A DNA stretch of 24,000 bases from Methanosarcinales archaeon (GTDB lineage: Archaea; Halobacteriota; Methanosarcinia; Methanosarcinales; Methanocomedenaceae): assembly GCA_014859725.1 (NCBI GenBank), contig JACUTQ010000001.1, positions 17,619-41,618 on the forward strand. The letters run 5' to 3'. The first letter of the stretch is position 1. Each line of letters starts with the position of its first letter. The translations under genes and the position numbers were made by a program. Below are positions 7,901 to 13,598 of the stretch, piece after piece. The notes below the pieces were generated by a model. That model ran no database searches and was not told where the DNA came from. It saw only the letters and a list, made by a program, of their open reading frames with translations.

Positions 7901-9355
7901 ATTGAGCATTGGAAGCTGCTTTTTATGAAATTTTAATGAGGCAGAGAAATGGCAGTAATAGCATTTAATTCTTGTAACTTCGTGCGCACTTGGATATAAA
8001 CCAGTTACGTCATAAAGATTATGACATACGTTTGGACCGCACCCGCCATCTGCCTTCTCTTCATTAACAATTTTTGAATGACAATTGATGCAAACCTGAT
8101 TAGGATATGCCACTCTTGACAGGTTAGATGCTCCAGCCCATCCATCACCTGTGTTTGGGTTTGCATGTCTGGCATACATATCCCCACCGAAATCCGGACC
8201 TGGTGGATCAGTTCCAAAGCCAGTGCGGGTCGTTAACGTGTCCAGTTTGTGCGTCATATTCGAACCATACGGCGCTAGAGTGATATTGTCGTCCATCATG
8301 GCATAACCACCCGAAGCGTTTTCATATCCCTCCTGGATCTCAGCTGCGGTTTTTGTGTGGCATTCAGTGCACAGGGGCGATAACGTATTGCTATTACTGG
8401 ATGTGTTGTCAGTGCTATGGATCGTTGTTTTGACATTATAGGAACCTGTGTACAGTTTGGTTCCTGTGTATGTCAGGGTGTTATTGTTGTGACACTGAAG
8501 GCAGGACAATACCGGGAATTTATGTAATGTTGTATCCATTTCATCATGGCAGTTCTCACATCCTCCGGTCTCATTCCTATCAAGAGACTCATCGTGGATA
8601 CGCCCACCTGCATGGCAGCTCTGATTTGTGCAATTGATTACACTGCTGTGATTTTCCATGGGATCATTGGTGACAGAAAAATTAATGGAACTAAAAGCAA
8701 CTGAAGTGTTGTGGCAGTACATACAGTAGGCAGAAGTGTTGTTCAAGACAACAAGGTCATCTCTCTTTTTGCCGTAATGGGAAGACAATGATAATTTTGT
8801 GTAGTTGGTATCAGGTTCTGAATAATCAGCACGCTTCATCTCGGTCTGGTTATGACACTCAATACAGGATTCAGTTGCATTTGCAGCGGTAGTTACCGCC
8901 GCAATATTATCGCCGGATTTGAAATGTTCCTTTACCACTGGTGCGCTGCTGACATTTTCGTATGCAACCGTTCCGTTATGGCATTCGTAGCAATTGTAAG
9001 GATTTTTCTGCCTGTCAGGATGTGAATCAGGTTTGCTACCGTCACTCTGGTGGCAGCCCCAGCATATACTGTTGTTGGCATTGCCTTCACCGGCAGCAAT
9101 AGCATTCATGTTGTTGTTTAACTCGGCATGAATGTTATCGGACTGGTTCATGGCTGATACCGATACATTATATGATGATGTCTCATTTGCAACATCATGA
9201 CACCCTATACAATCAGGGCCACCCTCTGCTGCCGCACTGCCCGAAATCGAATATAGTAATAAAAATAAAATTAATATGATTATAAGATTATACTTGAACT
9301 TGGGACAAGACAACAAGTCAGCAAATTTTCGGTATGTTTTTGGCTTCATAATCAT
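2000..9355 (-). CDS. Giant (2,451 aa) multihaem c-type cytochrome with S-layer-like domain pair, Ig-like domain, C-terminal TM anchor and cytoplasmic tail
   Basis: Uninterrupted 7,356-nt ORF with an N-terminal signal-like segment (KPKTYRK + LIIILILFLLLYSISGSAAA). Manual count gives 43 CxxCH + 5 Cx4CH + 1 Cx3CH, and the only Cys outside these motifs is in the signal region. There are about 108 N-x-S/T sequons. TM helix is MPITLIVIGTGAGLAGLMLLL followed by RK. Confidence 0.95.
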   Translation of the reverse strand: MIMKPKTYRKFADLLSCPKFKYNLIIILILFLLLYSISGSAAAEGGPDCIGCHDVANETSSYNVSVSAMNQSDNIHAELNNNMNAIAAGEGNANNSICWGCHQSDGSKPDSHPDRQKNPYNCYECHNGTVAYENVSSAPVVKEHFKSGDNIAAVTTAANATESCIECHNQTEMKRADYSEPDTNYTKLSLSSHYGKKRDDLVVLNNTSAYCMYCHNTSVAFSSINFSVTNDPMENHSSVINCTNQSCHAGGRIHDESLDRNETGGCENCHDEMDTTLHKFPVLSCLQCHNNNTLTYTGTKLYTGSYNVKTTIHSTDNTSSNSNTLSPLCTECHTKTAAEIQEGYENASGGYAMMDDNITLAPYGSNMTHKLDTLTTRTGFGTDPPGPDFGGDMYARHANPNTGDGWAGASNLSRVAYPNQVCINCHSKIVNEEKADGGCGPNVCHNLYDVTGLYPSAHEVTRIKCYYCHFSASLKFHKKQLPMLNLPKNYLNVVLDGDMMLNDNVHRTMTWNATSSRPTNQTGCLVCHTNVIFTIDYTAGPLKINITDRFGVHTWNSNPDCTKCHSLTGASEGPTIHAHASFVAEGNNTRCLDTCHKGNIEPFSGLALPLSRGHGHDVQPAGGPDCIGCHDISKQSPKVNFSIVNNSLSVHQNISTYDSITDVDDVNDTNKICWACHMNNSQYTDKINKKAHADRLGDFNGIPVYTCDECHLVGVSTSVNASVLVRAPDVVQHFAQASKLTAGNTSDNLSSCEICHNLSEMKLDVTIPSGTDPEDQSNASYLIAHYGRKRSIGAGNLRTGTNESVNCSYCHQNESTSFDVAMSNPELNSSINNHSLHYNSTTPDCTSVNCHNEGWMHSESLDKPDLTTNYTGGEPSSQVCLNCHGPGNYTTYTSITGLKNRHNDTLNCTECHLYEARDIHGVKYLQQDDTYSTFNISAVNCQDCHASNNLSTNITATDRPKVPMQTDFNFTHSQVNNGLRWANVTLGSYWNNTNEACEYCHNDTKHSVSALGRITSISSGNVKNISIGDDTWCSGCHYKGDSNYDSMIAAFSLVGIAPEITNGTNWQGVSLDYYNHSLISYNDNACGPCHGSLLVEKTTKEFPHRVAEGTFGANCTWCHDISSDVAPRINVTALNSTFSIHSNVRTYAAISNPYSSNTSDVNKICWLCHMNDSNAPGNYTDHADRVRTSDNNLPGPNPFTCDECHMVGVSSSVNASVLVWAPDVVQHFAQASKLKAGNTSDNLTSCRNCHNLTGMKVTSNLPPIQGINSTGWYSLVSHYGKKRSVVGDSSDLRIWAGGVNCSYCHQNGGNEFGIDSIMTNKTFNANISGHSRYDSTPNCTNATCHNGGWMHNASLTKPDLMINGTEDSAICLSCHDSTNYSTYMSFTTPKARHNNTLNCSECHLSEARDIHGVKYLQQDDTYNTSNSSAVDCYTCHSSGAVDTNINVTIPKVPDENYGFSHSEAPTSGSRWNETNYWNDSNGACEFCHNDTKHNTSALGFIDSVKGDNDRNVSLDVSSNSYWCSICHNSSSSYYNGTKRSPVPPTIFNNNTNNSTSWDGTGQGWYNHSSINSSNYNDVVCKGCHGSLLSTTATTTEFVHKVAAGGGKYCVECHDIGGSVPAEFQIDVQAMNKSDAIHYDLNRAATNELSENRSSDNVRCWACHGDGDGSDAAQLESGHPLNYNNPRNCADKDCHNINQSIFNEPMIYEHFRYVDEIDENISTSVDCIACHLNSIMSNNDDIIPSSTSLVSHYGSTDDLINTTSCIYCHLDEDNAEEWGNAPDPTTNISRLSDEELEITLLVGDKWHLGNRYFLVFEDIGINGDNAFLRLYHNDTILEEIVVSADNNFTYEGDFINPDGDMEYDLVVLELNFTAVFRGEQIGLVKVEGRSWKRIHPEDKDPACWACHMDDYTVDKKKYLVLDEDEDRIYYLEKLLDFSDEDTEDKVTLMPRKLMLIEGYNQTLDVDGNYILTANEVDINGKQAYITLVKDGSVIEDSVYGVGEIIEFEYDLSSENHNIDDFVILTAKVDSVFHGFDTDIVSLTEVRVFSDRLMEADIDDDEKVGGYNTSQLHINDNFSIGGSPDTFHVPTLNEGKDGGSDCVKCHDVSNGFGISSVDAIQSRLGGHSQLNANATSKVNLTDDINKACWACHGEGVDPERHPADYLYPRQCQDCHTYMELPTYGAVDLSDENHGQIEDCNRCHAADYPGLHVINIFEPDIPYIVSINMSSEVVTFGETVTVNAAAMSSWKMKVKTIEYFIDVEGPPGTGTQLMPLDGTFDEQVEEVEFTIDTTGLELGDHTIYIRAMERDNKWGPVNEAVFSIQIPTEAEQESMPITLIVIGTGAGLAGLMLLLRKSGYLFNFNEVPGIDSEKLLEQLEQNYGIDWAKTANIEKIDDGKIIKVSTDVNDLTLELNDEKTRLYLNINGGKTDEFIVKMKDGEQKIFKKGIRYKK
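2003..2362 (-). other. C-terminal TM helix (2300-2362) + RK + 97-aa predicted cytoplasmic tail of unknown fold (2003-2293)
   Basis: A 21-residue hydrophobic stretch is followed by RK (positive-inside). The tail is SGYLFNFNEVPGIDSEKLLEQLEQNYGIDWAKTANIEKIDDGKIIKVSTDVNDLTLELNDEKTRLYLNINGGKTDEFIVKMKDGEQKIFKKGIRYKK. It has no Cys or His and no plausible internal start codon (its only Met is 14 residues from the C-terminus), so it is part of the same polypeptide. Confidence 0.7.
3215..3990 (-). other. Pair of ~100-aa beta-rich domains resembling the Methanosarcina S-layer duplication domain (DUF1608/TIGR01567-like), separated by an acidic linker carrying one CWACH haem site (3638-3652)
   Basis: Domain 1 is EITLLVGDKWHLGNRYFLVFEDIGINGDNAFLRLYHNDTILEEIVV...VKVEG. 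Domain 2 is LMLIEGYNQTLDVDGNYILTANEVDINGKQAYITLVKDGSVIEDSVYG...EVRVFS. The pattern 'G-x-x-Y-x-L ... D-(I/V)-(N/D)-G-x-x-A-(F/Y)-(L/I)-x-L-x-(K/H)-(D/N)-G/D' recurs in both. This is a recognition call from memory and no HMM was run. Confidence 0.6.
4532..6013 (-). repeat. Intragenic tandem module copy C (12 haem motifs, ~494 aa). Boundaries approximate.
   Basis: Starts at GANCTWCHDISS. The next module begins at KYCVECHDIGGS, 1,482 nt downstream. Copy C shares islands of about 96% nucleotide identity with copy B (5631-5740 vs 7113-7222; 5091-5155 vs 6564-6628). Confidence 0.85.
6014..7495 (-). repeat. Intragenic tandem module copy B (12 haem motifs, ~489 aa). Boundaries approximate.
   Basis: Starts at AGGPDCIGCHDISK. 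It is collinear with copy C motif for motif. The first-Cys to first-Cys distance to copy C is 1,467 nt. Confidence 0.85.
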
Positions 9356-9577
9356 TAATCTCAGTAAATCAATTTAAAATATATATACATGTCCATTTTC
9401 AAAGATCGTTACAATTCGTGATGGTGAAATTTAATAAGTTGATTTTTCCCTTAATCTAACTGTTGGAATATATTAGAGCTGTCCTGTGATATCCACTTTA
9501 AGCTATGAAAATATATTTATTGTCCATAAAGATAATTAACTACTTATAGATAACGATTAATTCAGAATATAACTTTT
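9356..9577. promoter_or_regulatory. Divergent AT-rich intergenic region between the giant cytochrome gene and elp3. TATA-like boxes are present.
   Basis: tttaaaatatatatac at 9374-9388 lies 19-33 nt upstream of the minus-strand ATG at 9355, which implies a very short or absent leader. aaaatatatttat at 9508-9520 lies upstream of elp3. There is no transcript evidence. Confidence 0.3.
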
Positions 9578-11179
9578 ATGCTAAATGATATTCAATCAGC
9601 TTGCAGGGAACTTATCCGGTTGATACTCAATAATGAAATTCAAAACGAACTGGAACTTAATAAAATTAAAAAAAAGATCAGTGCCAAATACCGTTTGAAG
9701 AGTCTCCCAGGCAATTCTGAGATTTTAGAACTTGTCCAGCCTCATGAATATGGTAAGGTAATTGGAATTTTGCAAAAAAAACCTGTCAGGACCATTTCAG
9801 GAGTTGCGGTAATAGCTGTTATGACCTCCCCTGCCCCCTGTCCCCATGGGATTTGCCTGCCCTGTCCTGGCGGAGTTGATTCCGAATATAATTCGCCACA
9901 GAGCTATATGGGGCATGAACCTGCTACCATGAGGGCAATACAATATGATTATAATCCATACACCCAGGTGGCTAACAGACTTACTCAGCTAAAAAAGATC
10001 GGACATCAGGTGGATAAAGCAGAACTTATCATAATGGGCGGGAGTTTCACTGCCAGGAATATTTGCTATCAGGAATGGTTTGTCAGACGATGTCTGGAAG
10101 CAATGAATTATTTTGAGGTAAGTTCAGATAGCAATACATTCAGGTACATAGAGGATGTCCAGGCAGAAAATGAGACAAGTCCTGTGCGCAATGTGGGGAT
10201 GACCTTTGAGACCAGACCTGACTGGGCAGGGCCCCGGGAGGTTGACATGATGCTGAAACTCGGAGGGACCAAAGTGGAACTGGGAGTCCAGAGTCTTTAT
10301 GATTTTGTCCTTGAGAAAATCGAGCGCAGGCATACAATCCATGATACAGAGCAGGCAAATAAGATTTTAAGGGATTCCGGTTTCAAGGTGGGCTTCCATA
10401 TGATGCCGGGCCTCCCGGGTTCATCTGTTGATATGGATCTGCGCATGTTCAAACATTTATTTGATGATGAGAGGTTCAAGCCGGATTATTTGAAGATCTA
10501 TCCAACGCTAATTACGAAGGGCACTGGTTTACATAAACTATGGAAGTCAGGTAAATACGAAGCTCTGGAACTTGAAGATGCAGTTGAACTGATCGCCGGG
10601 ATAAAAGCTGTCCTGCCAAAATGGGTTCGGCTGCAGCGTGTCCAGCGAGATATCCCTGCCTGGCAGATCGAAGCAGGGGTAACTAAAAGCAATATAAGAC
10701 AGTTGGCAGGGATCCGGCTTGCCCGGCAAAAAAAAAAATGCCAGTGTATCCGCTGTCGCGAAGCAGGCCATTTATCTCTCAAGGGTATTGAACCTGACAA
10801 TATCCGGATGAGGTCTGAGTCTTATCAGGCCTGCGAAGGCGAAGAACATTTCATCTCATTTGAGGATCCTGAACAAGATGTACTGGTTGGTTTTATCAGG
10901 CTAAGATATCCTGGTAGACCCCATAGGCCGGAATTGATAAATGCAGCCCTTATAAGAGAACTGCATGTCTACGGGCCCCTGGTAAGTGTGGGTCAAAAAG
11001 CCAGGGAAAAAGAATGGCAACATAGGGGTTATGGTGAAGAGCTGCTTAAGGAAGCGGAGGAGAGGGCAAAAAATGCTGGTTTTGGTAAACTGTCCGTTAT
11101 CAGTGGAATAGGTGTCAGGCCGTACTACGAACGATTAGGGTTTGTGCGGGATGGAGCATATATGTCAAAATTATTCTAA
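9578..11179 (+). CDS. elp3: Elp3-type radical-SAM/GNAT tRNA U34 carboxymethyl-modification enzyme
   Basis: 533 aa. It has the Elp3-style cluster motif CPHGICLPCPGG (Cx4Cx2C), a radical-SAM core, and a C-terminal GNAT segment (HRGYGEELLKEAEERAKNAGF...YYERLGF). Confidence 0.9.
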   Translation: MLNDIQSACRELIRLILNNEIQNELELNKIKKKISAKYRLKSLPGNSEILELVQPHEYGKVIGILQKKPVRTISGVAVIAVMTSPAPCPHGICLPCPGGVDSEYNSPQSYMGHEPATMRAIQYDYNPYTQVANRLTQLKKIGHQVDKAELIIMGGSFTARNICYQEWFVRRCLEAMNYFEVSSDSNTFRYIEDVQAENETSPVRNVGMTFETRPDWAGPREVDMMLKLGGTKVELGVQSLYDFVLEKIERRHTIHDTEQANKILRDSGFKVGFHMMPGLPGSSVDMDLRMFKHLFDDERFKPDYLKIYPTLITKGTGLHKLWKSGKYEALELEDAVELIAGIKAVLPKWVRLQRVQRDIPAWQIEAGVTKSNIRQLAGIRLARQKKKCQCIRCREAGHLSLKGIEPDNIRMRSESYQACEGEEHFISFEDPEQDVLVGFIRLRYPGRPHRPELINAALIRELHVYGPLVSVGQKAREKEWQHRGYGEELLKEAEERAKNAGFGKLSVISGIGVRPYYERLGFVRDGAYMSKLF

Positions 11180-11180
11180 G

Positions 11181-11195
11181 TAAAAAAAATTAAAA
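11181..11195 (-). terminator. Oligo-T tract immediately 3' of tRNA-Ser (archaeal-type terminator)
   Basis: The minus strand reads ttttaattttttttac directly after the discriminator base. Confidence 0.5.
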
Positions 11196-11280
11196 CGCTG
11201 AGGAGGAGATTCGAACTCCTGTGGCGCAGTGCACCACCGGTTTTCAAGACCGGCGCCGTAGTCCGCTTGGCTACCTCAGC
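11196..11280 (-). tRNA. tRNA-Ser (anticodon UGA), class II with long variable arm, no encoded CCA
   Basis: The minus-strand sequence is GCTGAGGTAGCCAAGCGGACTACGGCGCCGGTCTTGAAAACCGGTGGTGCACTGCGCCACAGGAGTTCGAATCTCCTCCTCAGCG. It has a 7-bp acceptor stem (GCTGAGG/CCTCAGC), an anticodon stem CCGGT/ACCGG with loop CTTGAAA, and a T arm AGGAG-TTCGAAT-CTCCT. Confidence 0.93.
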
Positions 11281-11304
11281 ACGTAAATTAATATTAGAGA
11301 GGAT

Positions 11305-12009
11305 TCACTCCTCTCCGGATTCAATTGGTTCTTCAGATTGCATTTTTAGCATTTCTTCAGTATATACCTCTATGAACCTGACTTCTGTTATATCAGTATA
11401 TTTTATTATTTCAAGCGCCATCTGGCCCTTTGAGACTATCCAGCTCTGGGAATAATTAAACTCGATAGGAACATTAACAGAGGCCACTGTACCTTCTATC
11501 TCAATATCCAATTCATGGCCGGTATACAATGTACCAAGACCTACTGCTTTGTTCTTTGTACCTTCGATAACTTCTAATAGCTTATAATCATAGGTAACGG
11601 TCTGACCTGCCATAAGGGAGTTGAAATCTATCCTTACATGACGACCCATTACCTTTGTGACTGTGCCATAACTTCCATCTATCTGGATCTGCATACCAAC
11701 CTGGGGGGTCTGCTTAAATTTTTTTGTGGGAATGTCTCTTAATTTTTTAGGATCCCGATGCCCAAAACCCAACTCCGGAGGAACAGATACCGTTCCTTCA
11801 TACCCTGCTTCATGTTGCTTTATATCTTCTTCAAGACCCGGTATTGTCTGGTTAGCACCTATAATTATTACGTCTCCGCCGTATCTTCCATTCTGGTTGA
11901 AGATACCATGAACTCTGGCAAGTTCTTCATTGGTTGTATCAAAAACCTTGCCATCCTCCAATTTACCAGTATATGTTACCTTAATAAAATCTCCGTCTTT
12001 GATTGTCAT
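11305..12009 (-). CDS. Long-type archaeal FKBP peptidyl-prolyl cis-trans isomerase (SlyD-like with IF insert and C-terminal domain)
   Basis: The protein starts MTIKDGDFIKVTYTGKLEDGKVFDTT and includes IPGLEEDI, PPELGFGHRDP and RIDFNSLMAGQTVTYDYKLLEV. The ATG at 12009 is preferred over the track start at 12093. Confidence 0.85.
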   Translation of the reverse strand: MTIKDGDFIKVTYTGKLEDGKVFDTTNEELARVHGIFNQNGRYGGDVIIIGANQTIPGLEEDIKQHEAGYEGTVSVPPELGFGHRDPKKLRDIPTKKFKQTPQVGMQIQIDGSYGTVTKVMGRHVRIDFNSLMAGQTVTYDYKLLEVIEGTKNKAVGLGTLYTGHELDIEIEGTVASVNVPIEFNYSQSWIVSKGQMALEIIKYTDITEVRFIEVYTEEMLKMQSEEPIESGEE

Positions 12010-12131
12010 GATGATTACACCGTGGTCATTAATAGCGGCAGGGATAAAAAAAGTTTCCATACAAAGATTTTCTAAATCCCAAATTGAAAACACTTAAATC
12101 AATTATATTCATCATAGCATACTGGATATTT

Positions 12132-13259
12132 ATGGAAGAGATAATGGAAATATATGAGAGAGTGAAAGACCGCATCAGCATTGAGGAGTTTCTGGCAAAA
12201 GTAGATGAAACTGAAAGCTTCATGGGAGGTCTGGCTGACAAAATCACTGCTGCCAGATTGGTAATTCACAATATGGGAGAAACAGATAACCAGATAAAGG
12301 TCAATCAGGTGACGCCCGATATATCAAACGTTACAGTGCTGGGAAAGATCATATCATGTTCTGATGTTCGGACATTTAACAGGGAGGATGGGTCTACGGG
12401 AAATGTTGCCAACCTTACTCTTGCAGATGAGACGGGTAGCATCAGGATAGTTCTATGGGATGAGGCATCAGACCTTGTAAAAGTCGGGGAAATAGTATTT
12501 GGGGATTCAATTAAGGTGTCAGGTTTTGTAAAAGAAGGACGAAATGGCCTTGAGATCAGTGTGGGCAGAGGGGGTATAATTGATAAACTAGCCATTGGTG
12601 AAGAGATAGATGTCAGGAAGGAACCGTATAAAATTGAAGAAATAAAACCTGGAATGAGTGAGATACATCTTTTGGGAAAGATCCTGGATATCTCAAACAT
12701 CAGGACATTCCAGCGTAAGGATGGCTCAAACGGTAATGTCAGGAATATGACAATAGGTGATGCATCCGGTAAGATCAGGATCACATTGTGGGACGATCTG
12801 GTTAATAAAATTGATACGTTTGTGCTTGGAGATGCCATCGAAATATTTGGAGGTTATGCTAAGGAAAATACATTCAATAACCAGGTTGAGGTCAACCTTG
12901 GGAACAATAGTTCTCTTAGAAAAAGCAGTAAAAAGGTTGAATTCAATGAGGTAATCACTCAAATAACTGATATTGAAATTAATGAGTCATACAATATAGT
13001 AGGCAATGTTACCGGACTTGATGAATTAAAAGAATTCCAGAAAAAAGACGGGTCTACGGGTCGCGTGGTGAACATCCATATTTCTGATGACTCTGGCCGG
13101 ATCAGAGTATCATTATGGGGAGAACAGACAGATATCTTACAGGAAATTGACCTGGGGACTAAATTACAAATCAATGACTGTTATGCAAAACCCGGATGGA
13201 ATGACGAGATTGAATTAAGTGTTGGAGAACGTGCCAGAATAATAATATCAGAAAAATGA
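12132..13259 (+). CDS. Replication protein A (single-stranded DNA-binding), three tandem OB folds, no zinc finger
   Basis: Three repeats of the pattern (V/I)xGK(I/V)...(R/K)xFx(R/K)xDGSxGxVxNxx(L/I)xDxxGxIR(I/V)xLW(D/G). The track ORF begins at a TTG (12084), but the ATG at 12132 (MEEIMEIYERV) is more plausible. Confidence 0.8.
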   Translation: MEEIMEIYERVKDRISIEEFLAKVDETESFMGGLADKITAARLVIHNMGETDNQIKVNQVTPDISNVTVLGKIISCSDVRTFNREDGSTGNVANLTLADETGSIRIVLWDEASDLVKVGEIVFGDSIKVSGFVKEGRNGLEISVGRGGIIDKLAIGEEIDVRKEPYKIEEIKPGMSEIHLLGKILDISNIRTFQRKDGSNGNVRNMTIGDASGKIRITLWDDLVNKIDTFVLGDAIEIFGGYAKENTFNNQVEVNLGNNSSLRKSSKKVEFNEVITQITDIEINESYNIVGNVTGLDELKEFQKKDGSTGRVVNIHISDDSGRIRVSLWGEQTDILQEIDLGTKLQINDCYAKPGWNDEIELSVGERARIIISEK

Positions 13260-13260
13260 T

Positions 13261-13596
13261 CTAACGTTTAGAAGCTTTTGATTTTTTGTATTTCTTTTGC
13301 TTCTTCTTTATCATTTTAGTTTTAATATCTGATTCAACTTCAATTATTTCTACTTTTTCCTCACGATAAAACAGCAGGCCCATTACTAATCCTAATACTA
13401 CAATGAAAATAACTCCATAAAATTGGAATTCAGTAAGAGGACTGAACTCTGTATGTTTTAACAGGAACTTGTCTATTAAGTAAATGACGATTGTTGATAT
13501 GAAAGCTATGAGAAGTGATAATTCAAATGCCAGAATTTTCTGTTTCATGCTTCTATCGTGTGTATTGGAATCCATGGACTTTCTCCTGTTTTTCAA
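13261..13596 (-). CDS. Small two-TM membrane protein with Lys-rich C-terminus, hypothetical
   Basis: Two hydrophobic segments (ILAFELSLLIAFISTIVIYLI; FYGVIFIVVLGLVMGLLFY). It starts 3 nt (TTG 13596) or 24 nt (ATG 13575) after the upstream stop, so it is probably co-transcribed. Confidence 0.5.
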   Translation of the reverse strand: MKNRRKSMDSNTHDRSMKQKILAFELSLLIAFISTIVIYLIDKFLLKHTEFSPLTEFQFYGVIFIVVLGLVMGLLFYREEKVEIIEVESDIKTKMIKKKQKKYKKSKASKR

Positions 13597-13598
13597 TT

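Noticed and set aside
1209-8217. About 20 plus- and minus-strand ORFs of 60-133 aa inside the two cytochrome genes (e.g. 1209-1610, 5231-5623, 6264-6623, 4552-4839, 8005-8217)
   Set aside because: They are shadow frames of long, motif-validated genes. Their translations are low-complexity (S/T/V/P-rich) with no recognisable motifs, and they are fully nested in ORFs whose Cys residues are almost all in haem-binding motifs.
10728-10738. 11-nt poly-A run inside elp3
   Set aside because: It is in frame (RQKKKCQ) with an intact downstream GNAT domain. The run is slippage-prone but there is no evidence of frameshifting here.
9578-11280. Elp3 (U34 modifier) next to a U34-bearing tRNA-Ser(UGA), considered as a functional enzyme-substrate gene pair
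   Set aside because: The genes are convergent, so they are not co-transcribed, and a single adjacency is easily coincidental. It would need synteny conservation to mean anything.
13257-13263. Convergent RPA and small-membrane-protein genes whose stop codons are 1 nt apart, leaving no terminator space
   Set aside because: Tight convergent packing is common in compact archaeal genomes. No structure or motif was seen that would make it special.
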